From NCBI GenBank assembly GCA_013265495.1, contig MU058636.1, positions 4,003,741-4,067,740 of the forward strand: 64,000 bases of DNA, given 5' to 3'. A program made the position numbers and the translations under genes. The notes below the pieces were generated by a model that did no database searches, was not told the DNA's origin, and saw only the letters and a program-made list of their open reading frames with translations. This document shows, one piece after another, positions 12,801 through 26,595 of the stretch. How positions within the stretch are numbered: the stretch's first letter is position 1; each line of letters opens with the position of its first letter. Origin of the DNA: Vicugna vicugna. Its lineage: Eukaryota.

Positions 12801-15268
12801 TTATGTCATCTGAGCAGAGAGTTTCTTTAATAGTACAGTTTTTACTTTGCTCCAGTTTTAAATTATCTTATGGCAAACCCTGAAAGAAGTATTCACTATT
12901 GTCTTATTATGTGGGAGAAAGTATGCCTCTCTTGATTGAAAATGAGATAACAGATCACAAAGCTATACTGAAATATTTTCTCAAAGTTTAATATCTTTAG
13001 GAATATAGTGCCTCAATATAATATAAAATATTTTATAAATAGAATGAATTCAATTTAGAATTCAAACAGTGGTAATAAAATAGACCAATATCTTAAAACT
13101 TTTAAGTAATTTTGAGTCAAGTGGTTGAAAATAAAGCCTTCACCTGCTGTCACAGAAGACTCAGCTTTAACTTTTAATTCTTTACAGCTGGTGGATACAA
13201 CAAATGCACAGGTGTTAGAACCATGATGAGAGGACGGATGGTACAAACTGATGCTTCTGGAGTTAGAGACTCGTAACACGTTACTGTGGTTGGTTCATTT
13301 TTGAATGACTGGCAGTGGTGGGACCAGTCTTGTACCAAAGAATGAATCACCAGTAAGAAGAAAACCTTCCCCAAATAGCCGTCAGCCTAGTGTTGGAATT
13401 CCGCCAGAGTCTGGTCCTCAGTCACTATTTATTGAGCACCTGCTACCTCCCAGGCACTGTGCTGGGTGCTGGGGACTGAGTCATAGAGTAATTCCTACCT
13501 TTAGTGAAATTTCTGTTTCATTTGTTTCAAATGAAAACTAGAAGCAAGTCGTTAGGTGTAGCAAAGAGCTAACTGACACTTGATTTTGATTTTTAACTTG
13601 ATTCAAATCAGCGAATTGAGAAGAGAAGCCTGTGCTGTTTAATGACCTCGTAGAGCAAACAGAAACTGAAGGCTTAAAGGTTGAGGAAAATGAAAGCAGA
13701 GTTTGCAGGACCCAGTGCTGGGGACCGAGGAAAATTCTTGACCTTTCCTCCCAGCTTCCTCCTGTAACACAGTGGGGGACACTTTCCCAAGAGTGTGAAC
13801 GCGTAGTGGTCGCAGGGAGCCTTGCCTGGTTAAGTCCGCCTGCTTATCATATGCAAAGCAGGTGCCACTGCAGGGTCAAGGTTAAGACTTTTGTTGTGTT
13901 GGAATGCCGAAGTAGAACAGAGTGAGGATTTTTTTTCTTTTTTTCACCCCAGCAACCTGATCTGTTATGTCCATTCTGTCAGGGAGAAATCTTCTTATCT
14001 TCCTTTTTATGACTGCAGAAATATACTTTAATGTGTAAAAATAATATTTAGTGGCTTTAAATGGGTACTTTGTAGATTAGTATAGCAAACATGCAGAATT
14101 CATAGGTCTTTTTATTTTTTAAAAGCTGGTGAATTATGGACTATAAAATAGCACACTTTTGATTGTTTTCATAAAAGGACTGGGAGTTTGACCCCAGATA
14201 ACCGACTAGCACAGCTAGACACTTAAATTTGGCATTGCATGGGTAGTTTTTGCATCTAATTTATTTTTATTTAGGTTGGTGGAAAAGGAAAAGTTAAATG
14301 ACCTAATAAAGTCTTAAAATACTGACCTACAGATTTGGTTCATCAGAGCTGAGATTCTTAAATCAACAGGGTATAAAATCTAGATATCTTTTCTGTTAAA
14401 ACAATGGAAACCCTTTCTAAAATGTAGAGGTGCACAGAAGAAAATAATGACTGGCACAGTTGGTCAAGTGAATTAATATCAAGTAGTGATCAGGCAGATT
14501 TCTGTATGTCAGGCATGGAGACACACCTACCTTTGAGCATCTCACCCTAAAATACAGAAAACCAGCAATTTGCTGCTGTTTGTGTTTACTGTATTAAAAT
14601 AATTTATCTGTTCATGGTAGATCTTTAGAATCCGCAGTGGTTCTCAATCTTATTTCTTCCACATTTTTCCAAAGTCCACCACAGTAATGTCAGCATCACA
14701 TGCAGTGGTTCTCCATCTAGGGTCGTGCCCTTTATAGGCTGGGTGGTCCTGTTAGAATCTCTGAGGGGAGATGTGTGTTGTTTGAAAAGCGCCCCACCCC
14801 CCACCCCACTGTGAGGGAGGCAAGTTTACATCTCAGCTAGAACCACACAGAATGTTCCAGTCCTTAGAAGTAATTACATTCCCTACTCCCCTAAAAAGTA
14901 TTTTAAAAATCCATTTATAAATTGTGAATTATAAATGAAGGAGCCTATTGGGAAAAGAGAACAATTAGGCAAAGTTAATTTAAACACAACAGTATAATGA
15001 GACTAGAAGACTGATTGCTCTCTGGACGCAGTGCATCCAGCACTGGGAATGAGCAGTCTTAGTGCTGGGGTGTGTTTGAAAATGCCTCTAGGAGACAATT
15101 TGACTCGTGTGCTGTCGGCGTTTCTCAGGGTAGAGCAAGCTCTAAGCCTTGGGACCCTGGAAGAAGAACAAGTAATGGTTCCGTCCTTTACAGGCGATTA
15201 GCCTGCTGCTTTGAGTTCCCAGCCTCCCAGATGACAGTGCGGTGACGGTCCCCTCCCTGTTTTTTCAG

Positions 15269-15382
15269 TCCCCATCGTGAAGCAGACTTGGGCGGGTCAG
15301 GCAGCTCTCATCGAATACTACAGCGATTACGCAGATGGCTCCATTCCGACGGTGGATCTGGGAGTTCCCAATACGGACAGAG
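15269..15382 (+). CDS. B3GLCT: B3GLCT coding exon (exon 11), 114 nt
   Basis: tttcag|TCCCC...AGAG|gtcagt; (I)[37 protein letters not shown]. Confidence 0.97.
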
Positions 15383-17274
15383 GTCAGTCCTGCATTTACT
15401 CCTCTTCTCCAAAGCGTCCCTTCTGTAAATGTAGTAAATTAGGATAAAGTGAAGAATTTGTGAATACTGTAATTTTGGGACATGGACCGACTCCTGCAGT
15501 TTCAGAGCTGCTTTTAGTACTAACAGAGATTTTGAGTTTTTAATTGGTCATGTTATGATTGATGCACATGACAGTTATGCATATGACAGTTATGATAGAG
15601 TTTAATAATATATTTTGGTACCTTCATAATTCATTGTGGCCATAATGGGGTGTTCAAAGTCTATTTATCATCTTCCCCTACAAAGCATCTCCTTATTTAA
15701 CTGTAGCAGTTTATCCAGCCAGGATTGTTATCCAGCTGCCGTGTGCCAGCCACTGTTAGACACTGAGGCAAAAAGGAACGAAGCTGACAGTTTCTGTCCT
15801 CCTGGAGCTTATGGTCTGTGACAGTCTGGGACACATCTTGTTTGTACTTCTCAGGAGCATTTAACCACGTTCTACACTGTATACATGCAGTAAAAGCTCA
15901 CCTACATGTATGTCCATATATTAATATTTTAATTAGTAAATTGTTGGAAGTACACCTGCTTTTCTCTTCAGATTGCAGGCTTTCTAATTAGAAACGTTCT
16001 TTATTTCAAAAAAGAGGAGTAGAAATTTGACTACTTCATCTTTAGATGCTCTTTGTTCATCTTAATTTTTATCCCGTGTTCCTGCCACATTTTTTTCTTT
16101 AGTTTTCTGGTTCCCTCAAACGCTTTCATGAATGAAAAAAATAAAAGTATTAAGTTGATTATCTTGTTCTACAGAGTAATTTGTCTTGAGTAGTTTATGG
16201 TAGTGTCACCCAGAATGCCTTGACTGATAAAGTACAACATAGAATCAGGTATGTCAGTGCTGTAATTATCCGTAATCCCGACAAGGTTAGTAAATGTATT
16301 GCTGAGTCTGTCTGTTGCTGTCTGTTTTAGAAAAAGGATTTAGACTGAATTTTCTTTTGTTCTTTTTTTGTTTCTGTTAATCTTGCTTTTTAGACTTTAA
16401 GTTGACTATAATAATCATTTTTTCATTGATGCATTCCTCATTTGATTTTAGTCTGACCTTATTATTTCTCATATTTATATTCTACTTTATCCAAAGGTAA
16501 TTTAAGATGGCTTTCAAGGATATATACCATAATGGTTAAAAGTACACACAGGGATCAAGAATACAGAAAATGAAGGTTAAATCGAGTGGTTTGTTCTCTG
16601 TTGTGTAACCAAATACTTTGTTGAAATGACGGGTTTATTCTTACTTACCGATTAAAGTTCTCTTCCCAAGCATTTTATTGTTATCCTGGCCCCAGCATTT
16701 TCCATTAAAGCATCGCTATCTGTTGGCGTCTAAGGGGCTGTGACTCTGTCTTAGGTAGCATGTATCTTTAATGCATATCCTAGAACTGGCCGCCATATCT
16801 GGCATATTAGAAACTTAATAGCAAATATTTGTAAAATAAGTAAGTGAAGGTATAGTACTACATTTTGGCACCATTGTTTCCTTTGAGTTTCTACTGTTTC
16901 CTTCAGGATACAGTGAATCTGAGGAGAGATGGCAAGCATCTGTAATTTCTGTGAGGCTTACAACTTTCTTGTTTGTCTGGAGGGAAGATATTAGTCCCAC
17001 TTGTGCTTGACCTTGTGTAAGTCCCCTCACCTCCTAGATCTTCAGTCCCTTGTGTGTGAAATGAATCACTTTGACTTTGTGATCTCTAAAGTTCCCACTG
17101 GTTTACTATGTCTATGGAAATTAGAAAAGGCTAATTTTTCACATTTCAAATTCTTAAGGTGTATGTCAGCTTTAAGCTTTTACTTGTCACATTTTAAAAC
17201 TTAAAAGTTTTAAAATGATTTATATATATTTTAAGAAGGATAATGCATTTTAAGTTTCTTTTCATCTTTCCTAG

Positions 17275-17374
17275 GTCATTGTGGAAAGACATTTGCCATT
17301 TTGGAAAGGTTTCTGAATCACAGCCACGACAGAGTAGCCTGGTTAGTCATCTTGGATGATGACACGCTGATAAG
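17275..17374 (+). CDS. B3GLCT: B3GLCT coding exon (exon 12), 100 nt, contains the DDD (DxD-type) motif
   Basis: cctag|GTCATT...ATAAG|gtacgg; (G)[32 protein letters not shown]. Confidence 0.97.
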
Positions 17375-17457
17375 GTACGGAGTAGGTACGGAGTCTTTCT
17401 TGTCCTCGGGTGGCTTTAAATGCTACATAGATTCACAGTCAGAAACTATGATGGGTA

Positions 17458-20400
17458 CTTCTGCTTCTGGCCAAGATGGAGTAACAGGGACTGGATTTAC
17501 CCTCCCTTCTGAAACAACCCCCAAAAGGATACAATGTATCAAATAAGTGGTTTTGTTTGTTTGTTTTTAAATACTGACATTAGGCAACAAGGTACAGTGA
17601 TCATGAGACACAGGAAGCAAGTGGGGTGAGTCCTCTGACAGCCCCAGGTAACTGCCTTATGAGAGTTTCCACAGTCCTGCTCAGGGAGGGGAACCCAGGT
17701 GGAACCCAGCCGAACCCCTGAGCTGAAGTGATGAAGTTGAGAGTCTGGGGAGACCAAAGCCATGAGAGCTGCAGGGCAGAGCACGGGAAAGGAGAAGCTG
17801 CACAGAAAGAGCACTGGAGAGCTATGGAGACTCCCCTGAAGTATTCAGCAGAGTATGTGTGAGGAGACTCCCGGAGGCTGGGGAAAGAACCAACCCAGGT
17901 GACCAGAGGGAGTGGTGCCCAGCCCTCCCACAGGGCTGAATATGGTACCTGGTCCCACCAGCCTGCCCGGAAAACCCTTGATTCACAGTATTGGGTAGAG
18001 TTTATAGAAGGGTCTTACTTTAACAGTGGGAAATAGCTAACCCTAGACTAAGCACTGCTTTGGTCTTGCCTGACAAATAGTAAAGCAAGACCCCAAAAGA
18101 CCAAACTGTTTCTAAGTCACTGGCCTGCATCCAAGAACAAAGCTCAAGAATATATACAGAAATACAAAAACATCCAGCACCCGACAAGGTAAAATTCACA
18201 GTATCTGTGGTTGAAATGGAGGAGGCCATGAAGTCTAACACAGGTATAACTGGAGTCCCTGATGGAAGCAACTCAATAGAACAGAAATAATATTTAAATT
18301 ACCAGAAATAAAAGATGATCTTAATTTGTATATTGAAAGGGCCTAGCTGGTGCCGGGGAAAACTGGACTGAGATCATCAGCTTCTTCCCATATCCTAGTA
18401 ATACAACTGGATTCTGATAATTAAGTCCTCCGAGTCTCTGAAGTAAGCTAAAGAGCGAGAAAATTAGACGGGCGTCAGACTTCTCAAAATAACGTAAGAA
18501 GTGTGATAATGGTGGAGGAGTGTTTTCAACCAACTGAAAGAAATCGTGAATCAGGGATTTTATATGCAGCTAAGATGTTCTTCCAGTATCAAGGCTGCAG
18601 ACAAGGTTCTCAGTGCACATGAATTCAGGGAACAGTGTACACGTGTCCTTCCTGAGGAATATATTAGGGAAAGAACTTCATGCAACTAAGATGAAATCTG
18701 GACAAAAGGACTGATGTTGAGCATTTCGTATGTTTAACTGTAGAACTTAAAGCAAAACAGGGGCGGGGGCATGGGTAGAGAACAGCATGTAAACGTTATA
18801 TGTTCTGACAAAGCAGAGAGCTTGCAACTTAAAAAAAAAAGGAAGGAAAAGGGGACAGTAGGATGAGATCATGGTGAACTGTATGGGTAGCGGATGGAAT
18901 TAAAAGGAGACTGTGTAGAACTGACAGGCCAAGTAATAAAATGTTAAATAAGGAAGAAGGCATAGTTGAGACATGAAACGTTAAATAGAAGATAAATACC
19001 AGGAAAATAAAACTTTCTAATAGCAAAAATATTTTTTAAGAAGCAGAAGAAGACTCACCAAGTAGATAAAGAAACACAGCAAATACAGTATAACACATGT
19101 AATAAATCAAACAAAGTAATTTTAGTGTTGAAATCAAACATCATCAGTCACATCACTAGATGTGAGTGGGTTTAACTCACCTAATGAAAGAACAGACTTT
19201 TCAGATTGGCTCATAGAGCAAGCCCCAACTCTGCGCTTTATATGAGAGACACGTAAGACACAGTCGTTCCAAAAGTCTGACAGTAAAGGATGGGTGAGGC
19301 TTGCCAAGCTAGGGGAACAACAAAGACAAAAAATTGAATCCCAGCCCAAAACACGAGGGAAAGAATCGCAAAATCAGCTCAAAAAAGCACAAGGAAGAAA
19401 ATAAGACTTGAGATAAAAGCAGAAATAATGATGGAGAGGTCGAAAAAGCAGCGATCAAACTAACGAACCGAAGTTTTGGTTCCTTGAAGAAAAAATAAAT
19501 TGAATTGAGTGATTCCTAGAAGATACCTGACAACAGCCAGGCGCACAAGAACGTATTTAGTCTGCTTCCTCGTGTGTAAGAAAGAAGGGGAAATAAAACA
19601 CTCCGTAGGCCTATCTTTACACAAAAGGACAGATAAGCCAGAAAATCCTGAAGTAGTTTCTACAGCGGAAGGGGTGGGAGGACAGGGTGGATGGGGGTGG
19701 GGGTATGTGACCCTTTTCTGAGTTTATCTCTTAGTTTAGTTATGACTTTGGGAACCATGCTGATATTTTACCTGTTGAAAAATAAATCCAAGACAGAAGA
19801 AAAGTAAACCAGGATGAGGAGAAAACTGAAACGGAAGAATATGTGTTCTAGATGAAAACACAATCACACTGAAGGGCAAATAAAACTAATGCAAGAGCTG
19901 CTGAAGACGGGACTTAGGGACACCGTCAGGCAGGGGCGGGGCGAGGCGAGGAGTGTCCGCCCCCAGGTGTGCCGGTCTGGTTTTTGTGGCGTGGCGGGTG
20001 GCGCAGTCCTGAAGGGCTGTGAGGGACACTGCAGGACTGAGTAAATGAGTAAGTGGTAGTGGTGTCAGGAGCCATGGTGCTGTCTGTGGAAGGATATGGA
20101 ACAAGCTGGTCAAGGAAGAGCCCCGCGGGAGGGCTGGAAGACAAATGGAGAAATCTGCCAGAATTCCTGATTTCCGTTAGACTCATGATTCCTGAAAAGT
20201 GTGTGTGTGTGTGTGTGTACGTGCGTTTATGCTTGCACGTGTGCACTTGCACACGTACATCTTTCTAGTTCTTTCCCCCAGAGAAGAGTAGAATCAAAGG
20301 CATCCCAGAAGCACCGAGCAGCTAGTGACCAGAACTAATAGTGCAATTTCCCCCACTAAAAGGAGCCAGGCCTTCTCAGAAATACCTGATTTTAAGGCTG

Positions 20401-21960
20401 AGGCAAGGAAGATAGAGGAAGACATTTGGAACATTCTTTTTTATACCAAAGAGTAAGGAAATAGGAAAAAAAAAAGTGCATGTCAAGAGGACACAGATGT
20501 GAGCTTGAAAAGGTTCCCGCTGGCTGTGAACCTGGGACAAATTGAGCGTCAGTACGAGTAAGGACAATAGTGAATTACGAACCATTAAAGTCAGGAATTG
20601 GTGAGTTCATGCTGTTAGTAAGTAAGTAAATAAACCAATAAATGAGGCAGATCAGGCACCACAACAAAATACTGCAGACTGGGGGGCTTAAACAACGGAA
20701 ATTTCCTTCTCATGGTTCTGGAGGTTGGTCCAAGATCGGGGGCTCTCAAGGTCTGTTTCTGAGGCCTCTTGGTTTCCGGTGGCCGCCACCTTGCCTATGA
20801 CCTTTTCTGTGTGCCATGCAGCGACAGTTCTCTGGTGTCTAAGGACACTAATTCTGTTGCACCCGGGTCCTATCCTTATGACCTCATTTAACCTGAGTTA
20901 CCTTCCTAAAGGCTCCACCTCCAGATACGGTCATGTTGCGGGTTAGGACTTCCACATCTGAGGATCGGGGTGGGGGCCGTAGTGCGGTCCACAGCAGGCC
21001 GGCAGGACAGTGAGGAGTTCTGACTGATACATGTGGATGGAGTTGGAAAAATCATCTCTTTGCAACCATCATAGTAAAGATTGATTCAGGTTGGAATCAT
21101 TAACGGGTGCTAAACTAGGAGTAAATGTTGATGAGGACCTGGGTATTTGCTGGTATTAAAGGGATTCTGCCCAGAGATTCTGAAAAATAGCAAAGGGAAA
21201 ACAGTAAGTGTCCAGGGAGAAACCAGGCAGCACCTTGAGTAGGTGATCAAAATAGATAAAAATAGACGCTACCAGTGGAGGGCAGGGGGGCACCACGTGC
21301 CAGACAGCAGCACGTTTGTTACCGCACCTGGGAGCGCATAACCTGGGCTTTATCACGAAGAAACGCCAGGCGAACCCACCATGAGGATCAGTCTATTAAA
21401 GGGGAGGGGCATTTATTTTTAAAAATACCACAGTCATGAAAGATGAAAGCTGAGGAACTGTTCCAGATGAAAGGAGAATAAAGTGAATGATAAATAAATG
21501 CAGTAAGGGTCCTGGGCTGCATCCTGTACTGGAGGGACAAAATGCTGTAAAGAGCATTACTGGGTCAGTTGACAGAGTTGGAATATGGTGGTAGCTCAGA
21601 TACAAGCATGGTGTCAGTGTTCATGACTTTGGATTTTAATTCAGGCTGCAGTGAACCTTCATGTCCATGTCTCTGTATAGTCATCTGCTTTTTCTTGGCT
21701 ACATACCTAGGGGCAGGATGGCTGGGACATACAATAGGTTTATGTTTAAACTTGTTAAGAAACTAACTGTGTCAGTAGTAGTTTTTGAAGTTGCTAACTT
21801 GCACTGTTCTTAGAATACACACATTGATGTATTTGGGGGGAAAAGGCACAATATAATCTCAAATATTTCAGCAAAGGAAATAAAAGTACACATATACATG
21901 TATGTATATGTATATATTCATATATACAGGTGTGTGTGTGTGTGTACATATAGAGAGAGA
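17458..21960 (+). mobile_element. Cluster of old L1 (L1M/L1MC-like) fragments in intron 12
   Basis: L1 5'-like start acttctgcttctggccaagatggagtaac; ORF2-like ttcagattggctcatagagcaagccccaact; L1MC-type 3' ends; interrupted by other repeats. Confidence 0.65.
20655..20996 (-). mobile_element. MaLR (MLT1-type) LTR
   Basis: acaacaaaatactgcagactggggggcttaaacaac...ttctcatggttctggaggttgg...atgacctcatttaacctgagttacc. Confidence 0.75.
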
Positions 21961-21977
21961 GACAGAGACAGAGAGAA
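21890..21977 (+). repeat. Compound microsatellite (TA)n/(TG)n/(GA)n
   Basis: Direct inspection. Confidence 0.85.
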
Positions 21978-23951
21978 TGATAAAACCCTAAAATGTACTA
22001 AGAATTTTGATAGCACTTGAGCATTTCCATACTGTTTCTCTTCATTTCTGAGCCTCAAATTGCCTGAAATGGTAACTGATTGTTAAATGAGGCTTTTTTC
22101 CTGGATCAGTAGCCAGTCTACTTGGCGAGAACTGGAGGTCTGCCTGCTGTGGCCACATTCCCCTTTTTAGCAGATAAGGAGTAGGTGATCGTTGTCAGCC
22201 TCAGTCTATGCCTCGTCAGCTTTAATGTGGTCTTGTGAATGTGGAAATGGTTAACGTTGTCAGGAAAAGAAGACCAGATGCAGTGTTAAATCCTAGTTAT
22301 TTTAACCTCAGAAATTGAGGGTTTAGGGTTTAACTAATAATTGTACAATATGCCGGAAGAAGGGAGATACTCATTTCTTCTAGGTCAAGAAGTAGACATG
22401 CATTTGCCCCAAGGGGCTTTGAGTTTTTAGGGAACTTTTCACCAACCAAAGGCTGCGATTTCATTAGAGATCTTTCAGTATCTTGTCCATGACCGAACGG
22501 TGAGTTACTAGGTGTCCGCACCCTTCCTTGCTTTTTCCTGCAGAGGTATTTATTAGATGACTTTCTGAAGACTTGATTCCAAACTAGGTGCCCAGAATGT
22601 TTAACTTCTGTGTCAAAAACACAATAGGTTTTCAAACACTTTCTGGCCACTTAGAAACCGTCAGCGTTATCAGAGCCCTTGACCTTGGGGTAGATATAAA
22701 GCTGTTCAGCCAGCTTGTAGACTATGAGCACCTCACTTGTAAGAGACTTTTTTCATACATTATTTTTCTTTTTTTCTTCTCTTCCAGCCTCGGTGTTATT
22801 AGTTGGGTGTTTCTGTAAGCTGTGTGAGCGTGGGTGGGAAAGATGCCTCCTTCCTATCCACTTCTACTCTGTTTTCTATGACCCCCACCTTCCCCCAGAA
22901 AGAGAGGAAATGTAAATGAGGGCTGTAGAGCAGTAGTGTTCTAGATGTTAATACTGCTCTTGAGAACAGAATTCATGATTAATAATTGAGAGAAATCCTT
23001 GATATATTGACCTCTTAAGAGATGCATGATGCTCACGAATCACAGGCTTGAGAAACACTAAAATTTACTTTGCCCATTAAAAATATGTAATCCAAATCCA
23101 AAGTCACTGGCCATGGGAAAACTTGTTTCAGGTAATGCTGATTGACGTGAGGGAAGCTAGGATTTGGTATGTGTGACTTGAAAATCTCTAGATTAGAAGA
23201 AGCAGTGGAAGGACTTTACAAGGCATTTGTAAGTGACACAAGTTCTTAAAACATGGATAAACTAGCCCTTCTTAACATCAACCTTTGTCTCCACTTTAAA
23301 AAAGTTATTTCTAGATTTTATTTCCCTGTGAAATATTTTTTTCCCCATCCTTACAGCAGCCATAGTTGCCAGCACTTTTCTAACCAGCTTGTGGGTACTC
23401 TCACTGCCCTTTGTAAGTGGCCACTGTTGACACAGGACAAAGAAGGATAGGGGGCGGAAGGTACAGACAGAAATAAAGGACCACAGATGAGGGAAGCCTT
23501 CCTTGAAGAAGGTACAGGCACACTGGTGCATCATAATCTGAAGGTTTCCTGGAAAACCTCGCTGCTCATGTTCCCTTCCCCACCTGCCAGCCACCTGCCT
23601 AACATGGACTTCATCTGTACCTCAAAAGTTCCTTTTTCGGCCATCAGGAATTTTAAAAAAATACCAAGGACATCTGAAAAGATGTGACGATCACTTCACT
23701 CTCAGTGGGGATCACTGGGGAGCAGTTCCGGTAGAAGTGAGCTGTGTGGTACCCGGGCCACCTTTACTTAATTAACCTGCCGCCCTGCCCACCCAAACGA
23801 GGCCACCACGACTGGCAGGGGCTATCTTAAAACTGGGGAGGAAGTCCTTGTTTCTCAGTTTCTCTCCGGTTTCCAGTAATGTATGGTGTTCATCAGTTTT
23901 TTTTTTAATCCATTTCTTCTGTAAATCACTTGAATTTCATCTCTAAATGAT

Positions 23952-24190
23952 TTCCTTTTTTAAAAAATTGAAGTATAATGAGTTACAATGTGTCAGTTTC
24001 CTGTGTACAGCATAATGTTTCAGTCATACATACACATACATATATTCGTTTTCATATTCTTTTTCATTATAGGTTACTACAAGATATTGAATATAGTTCC
24101 CTGTGCTACACAGAATAAAAAATTGTTTTTTTTAACTATTTTATATAGAGTAGTTAATATTTCCAAATCTCGAACTCTGGATTTCTCTCC
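23952..24190 (-). mobile_element. Short 3'-end fragment of a lineage-specific L1 (or L1-tail SINE), antisense, ~100 bp upstream of exon 13
   Basis: ttttaaaaaattgaagtataatgagttacaatg...ataggttactacaagatattgaatatagttccctgtgctacacag; similar to the reverse complement of the tail at 53795-54274. Confidence 0.8.
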
Positions 24191-24291
24191 AAGTACTGCG
24201 TAATATAACCACTGGGCTGTAAGAGTCAGAACATATTTACTCTGAACGCACATCTGAATTAACTGTTGCTTTGTTCGCTTTGCGATCGCAG

Positions 24292-24411
24292 CATCTCCAG
24301 GCTCCGGCACCTGCTGAGCTGCTACGACCCCCGCGAGCCCGTGTTCCTGGGAGAGCGCTACGGCTACGGCCTGGGCGCCGGCGGCTACAGCTACGTCACG
24401 GGAGGAGGAGG
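24292..24411 (+). CDS. B3GLCT: B3GLCT coding exon (exon 13), 120 nt
   Basis: cgcag|CATCTCC...GGAGG|gtaact; (S)[39 protein letters not shown]. Confidence 0.97.
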
Positions 24412-26059
24412 GTAACTATGAGCTTCCGGCCACACTCTCAGCACAACACTTCCGCTTCCGGGCCGCAGGGGCGGGTCTGGCGGTGGGATCTGCGCTGCTG
24501 CGTAAGTGCTCTGCAAACAGCAGCTGTTACTGTGGTAGGAAAGTGAACGTTAAATTTGCCAAATATGAGAAGATCCCACTGTAAAGAATATTTCACTCCT
24601 TGAAGAGGCAGTAATATAAGTGCATGTGGAGGTGCTTGGGAGAAACGTCCCTGTAGTAGTGATTGCTTTGAGGCAGCTAATTCGTTTCGACTGTCTAACT
24701 GGAAAAAAAAAAGTTGGATATAGATTTTAATTTCAGAAAATAAAGTCATTAGCTTTTTTTAATTATCTAGTGCTTATAAGTCACATTTGGGAAAAGAGTG
24801 GTATAGAAGTTTAGACTTGAACAATCAAGTGATACTTGTGTGGGATTTATAGGGTTTAAATAGTTAAAAATCAGTGCTTTAAAAAAATAAGCATCTGCCT
24901 AATCTCTCAGGGGAAAGATTTTGACTTGATTTACATGGCTAAGTCAGCTAAGCAGTTAGTCGTTCTGTTATTTCTATAGTCTTTTGCTATTGGGCTATTT
25001 AGGGATAATCTCAGTTTGTTACCACTGTTGTAATGTAAATTCATTCACCAGGGTTTTGTTTAATGTCCACTATGTTCCGGGCAGCAGTCATTCTAGTCAC
25101 TGGATTACAAACATCTGACAGCTGGGACCTGATATTCCTACTTCACAATCCCCTAGATGAGAGCCATTTCTGCTGTGGGACCCACCGCATGGTCACCCTC
25201 CTGGTGTTCTGGTTGGTCTGGCCCGTTCGGTGGTGACTGTCACGTGGTTATGGAGGTGGCTCTTCTAGTGATGATCCAAGCCTGTGCAGGAGTACTGATC
25301 TCTCTTCACCCACCGGCGGCCATTGGCAGTAGGAGGGCAGGGTCCACATAGGCCTTTGGCCTTGGAAAAGACACCAAAGTGTAAACCTAAGGAGAACTGA
25401 GCTGTCGTTGAAACAAGGTTCCGCCATTTGCAGCCTTAGGGTAATGCGTTTAGTTTCCTGGGTGAGGTGCTCGTGCCCACTGGCCAGAACTTTTGACTTT
25501 TGCAAGGGACGCTGTTATTTGTACGCAGGTTTGTATATTCTGTAGCACGAAGGTTTTACTATACATGGCCTCCTGGTCTCTTCTGCTCGTCCTCCACTCC
25601 GTGTGTCCTCCACGCCACAGAGACCTGGATGGAAGCACATCTGATCCTCTTGCTCGCTGTCAGGCCTGCACTGTCTTCCCACTGCCTTTAGTGTGAACTC
25701 TTTCCTACTCTGGCATCCGACTAAGACATGATCATTCAGATTTCAACAAGAGTCAAGCTGATCTGGGATTAGGCCTCAGTCGTAACCACTTGTAGCTGCC
25801 TAATACCCAGCCTCCCGGGTGCCGCTGAGATCACAGGGCTAAGCCTCCAGCAGGTCTCTCCTTGCCCCCTCCCGCCCCCAGACCCACTTAAAGCTGCCAC
25901 CACTTGCTGCTCCCCTGGGCAGGGTTCCTCTCTAGAAACTGGCTCATCTAGGCTTCGTATCATTTATCTCTTGAACGATTCCAAAGGCTAATGTGATTTT
26001 TATTTCACTTGGATTTTTCTTTGTGTTACCATGGGAGTGAAAGGCTTTTGCATCCTTTT

Positions 26060-26595
26060 GTAACCTCCCACTGCTGTTAGGATAAAGTCCAGATTCCTCA
26101 TCCAGCTCACTAGGCCTCTCCTGGTCTTAGGAGATGCTGCTTTACCTTTTTTGCCTCATTTATCTGCACCTTCATCTTAAAAGAGTTCATACTGAGCCTG
26201 TTTCAGTTCTTCAGAGGCACTGTTTTTAACTCTTCCCCCAGATACGGCATCTGCTGGCCCCTACACAGCCTTGTTCCCCCAGCCAGCCTCCTGCCTCTCT
26301 CACCTGGCGAATCCTCCTCTTTCTGGACTTGATACCACCGTCGTTTATGAATTCCTGGAAGCCTGCAGCCTAGTCCAGCCCCCTGAAATCTGGGTTTGAT
26401 GCCTTTCTAATATACTTTCATGGCATATTATGCAAACTATTATCATTTAATTGTCTATTTTCTATTTTCCACCTAGATTATGACTTATTTGAAGGCAGCA
26501 CCTGTGTTTCATTTCTCATTACATCCTTACTTGCTAGCATGAGAACTCACTTTTCACAAGGTACAGTGGATAACTGAATAAACAAGTGCATGAAC
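26060..26595 (+). mobile_element. L2 3' fragment
   Basis: taggataaagtccagattcct...ctagattatgac...gaaggcagcacctgtgtttcatt...ctgaataaacaagtgcatgaa resembles an L2 3' end. Confidence 0.6.
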
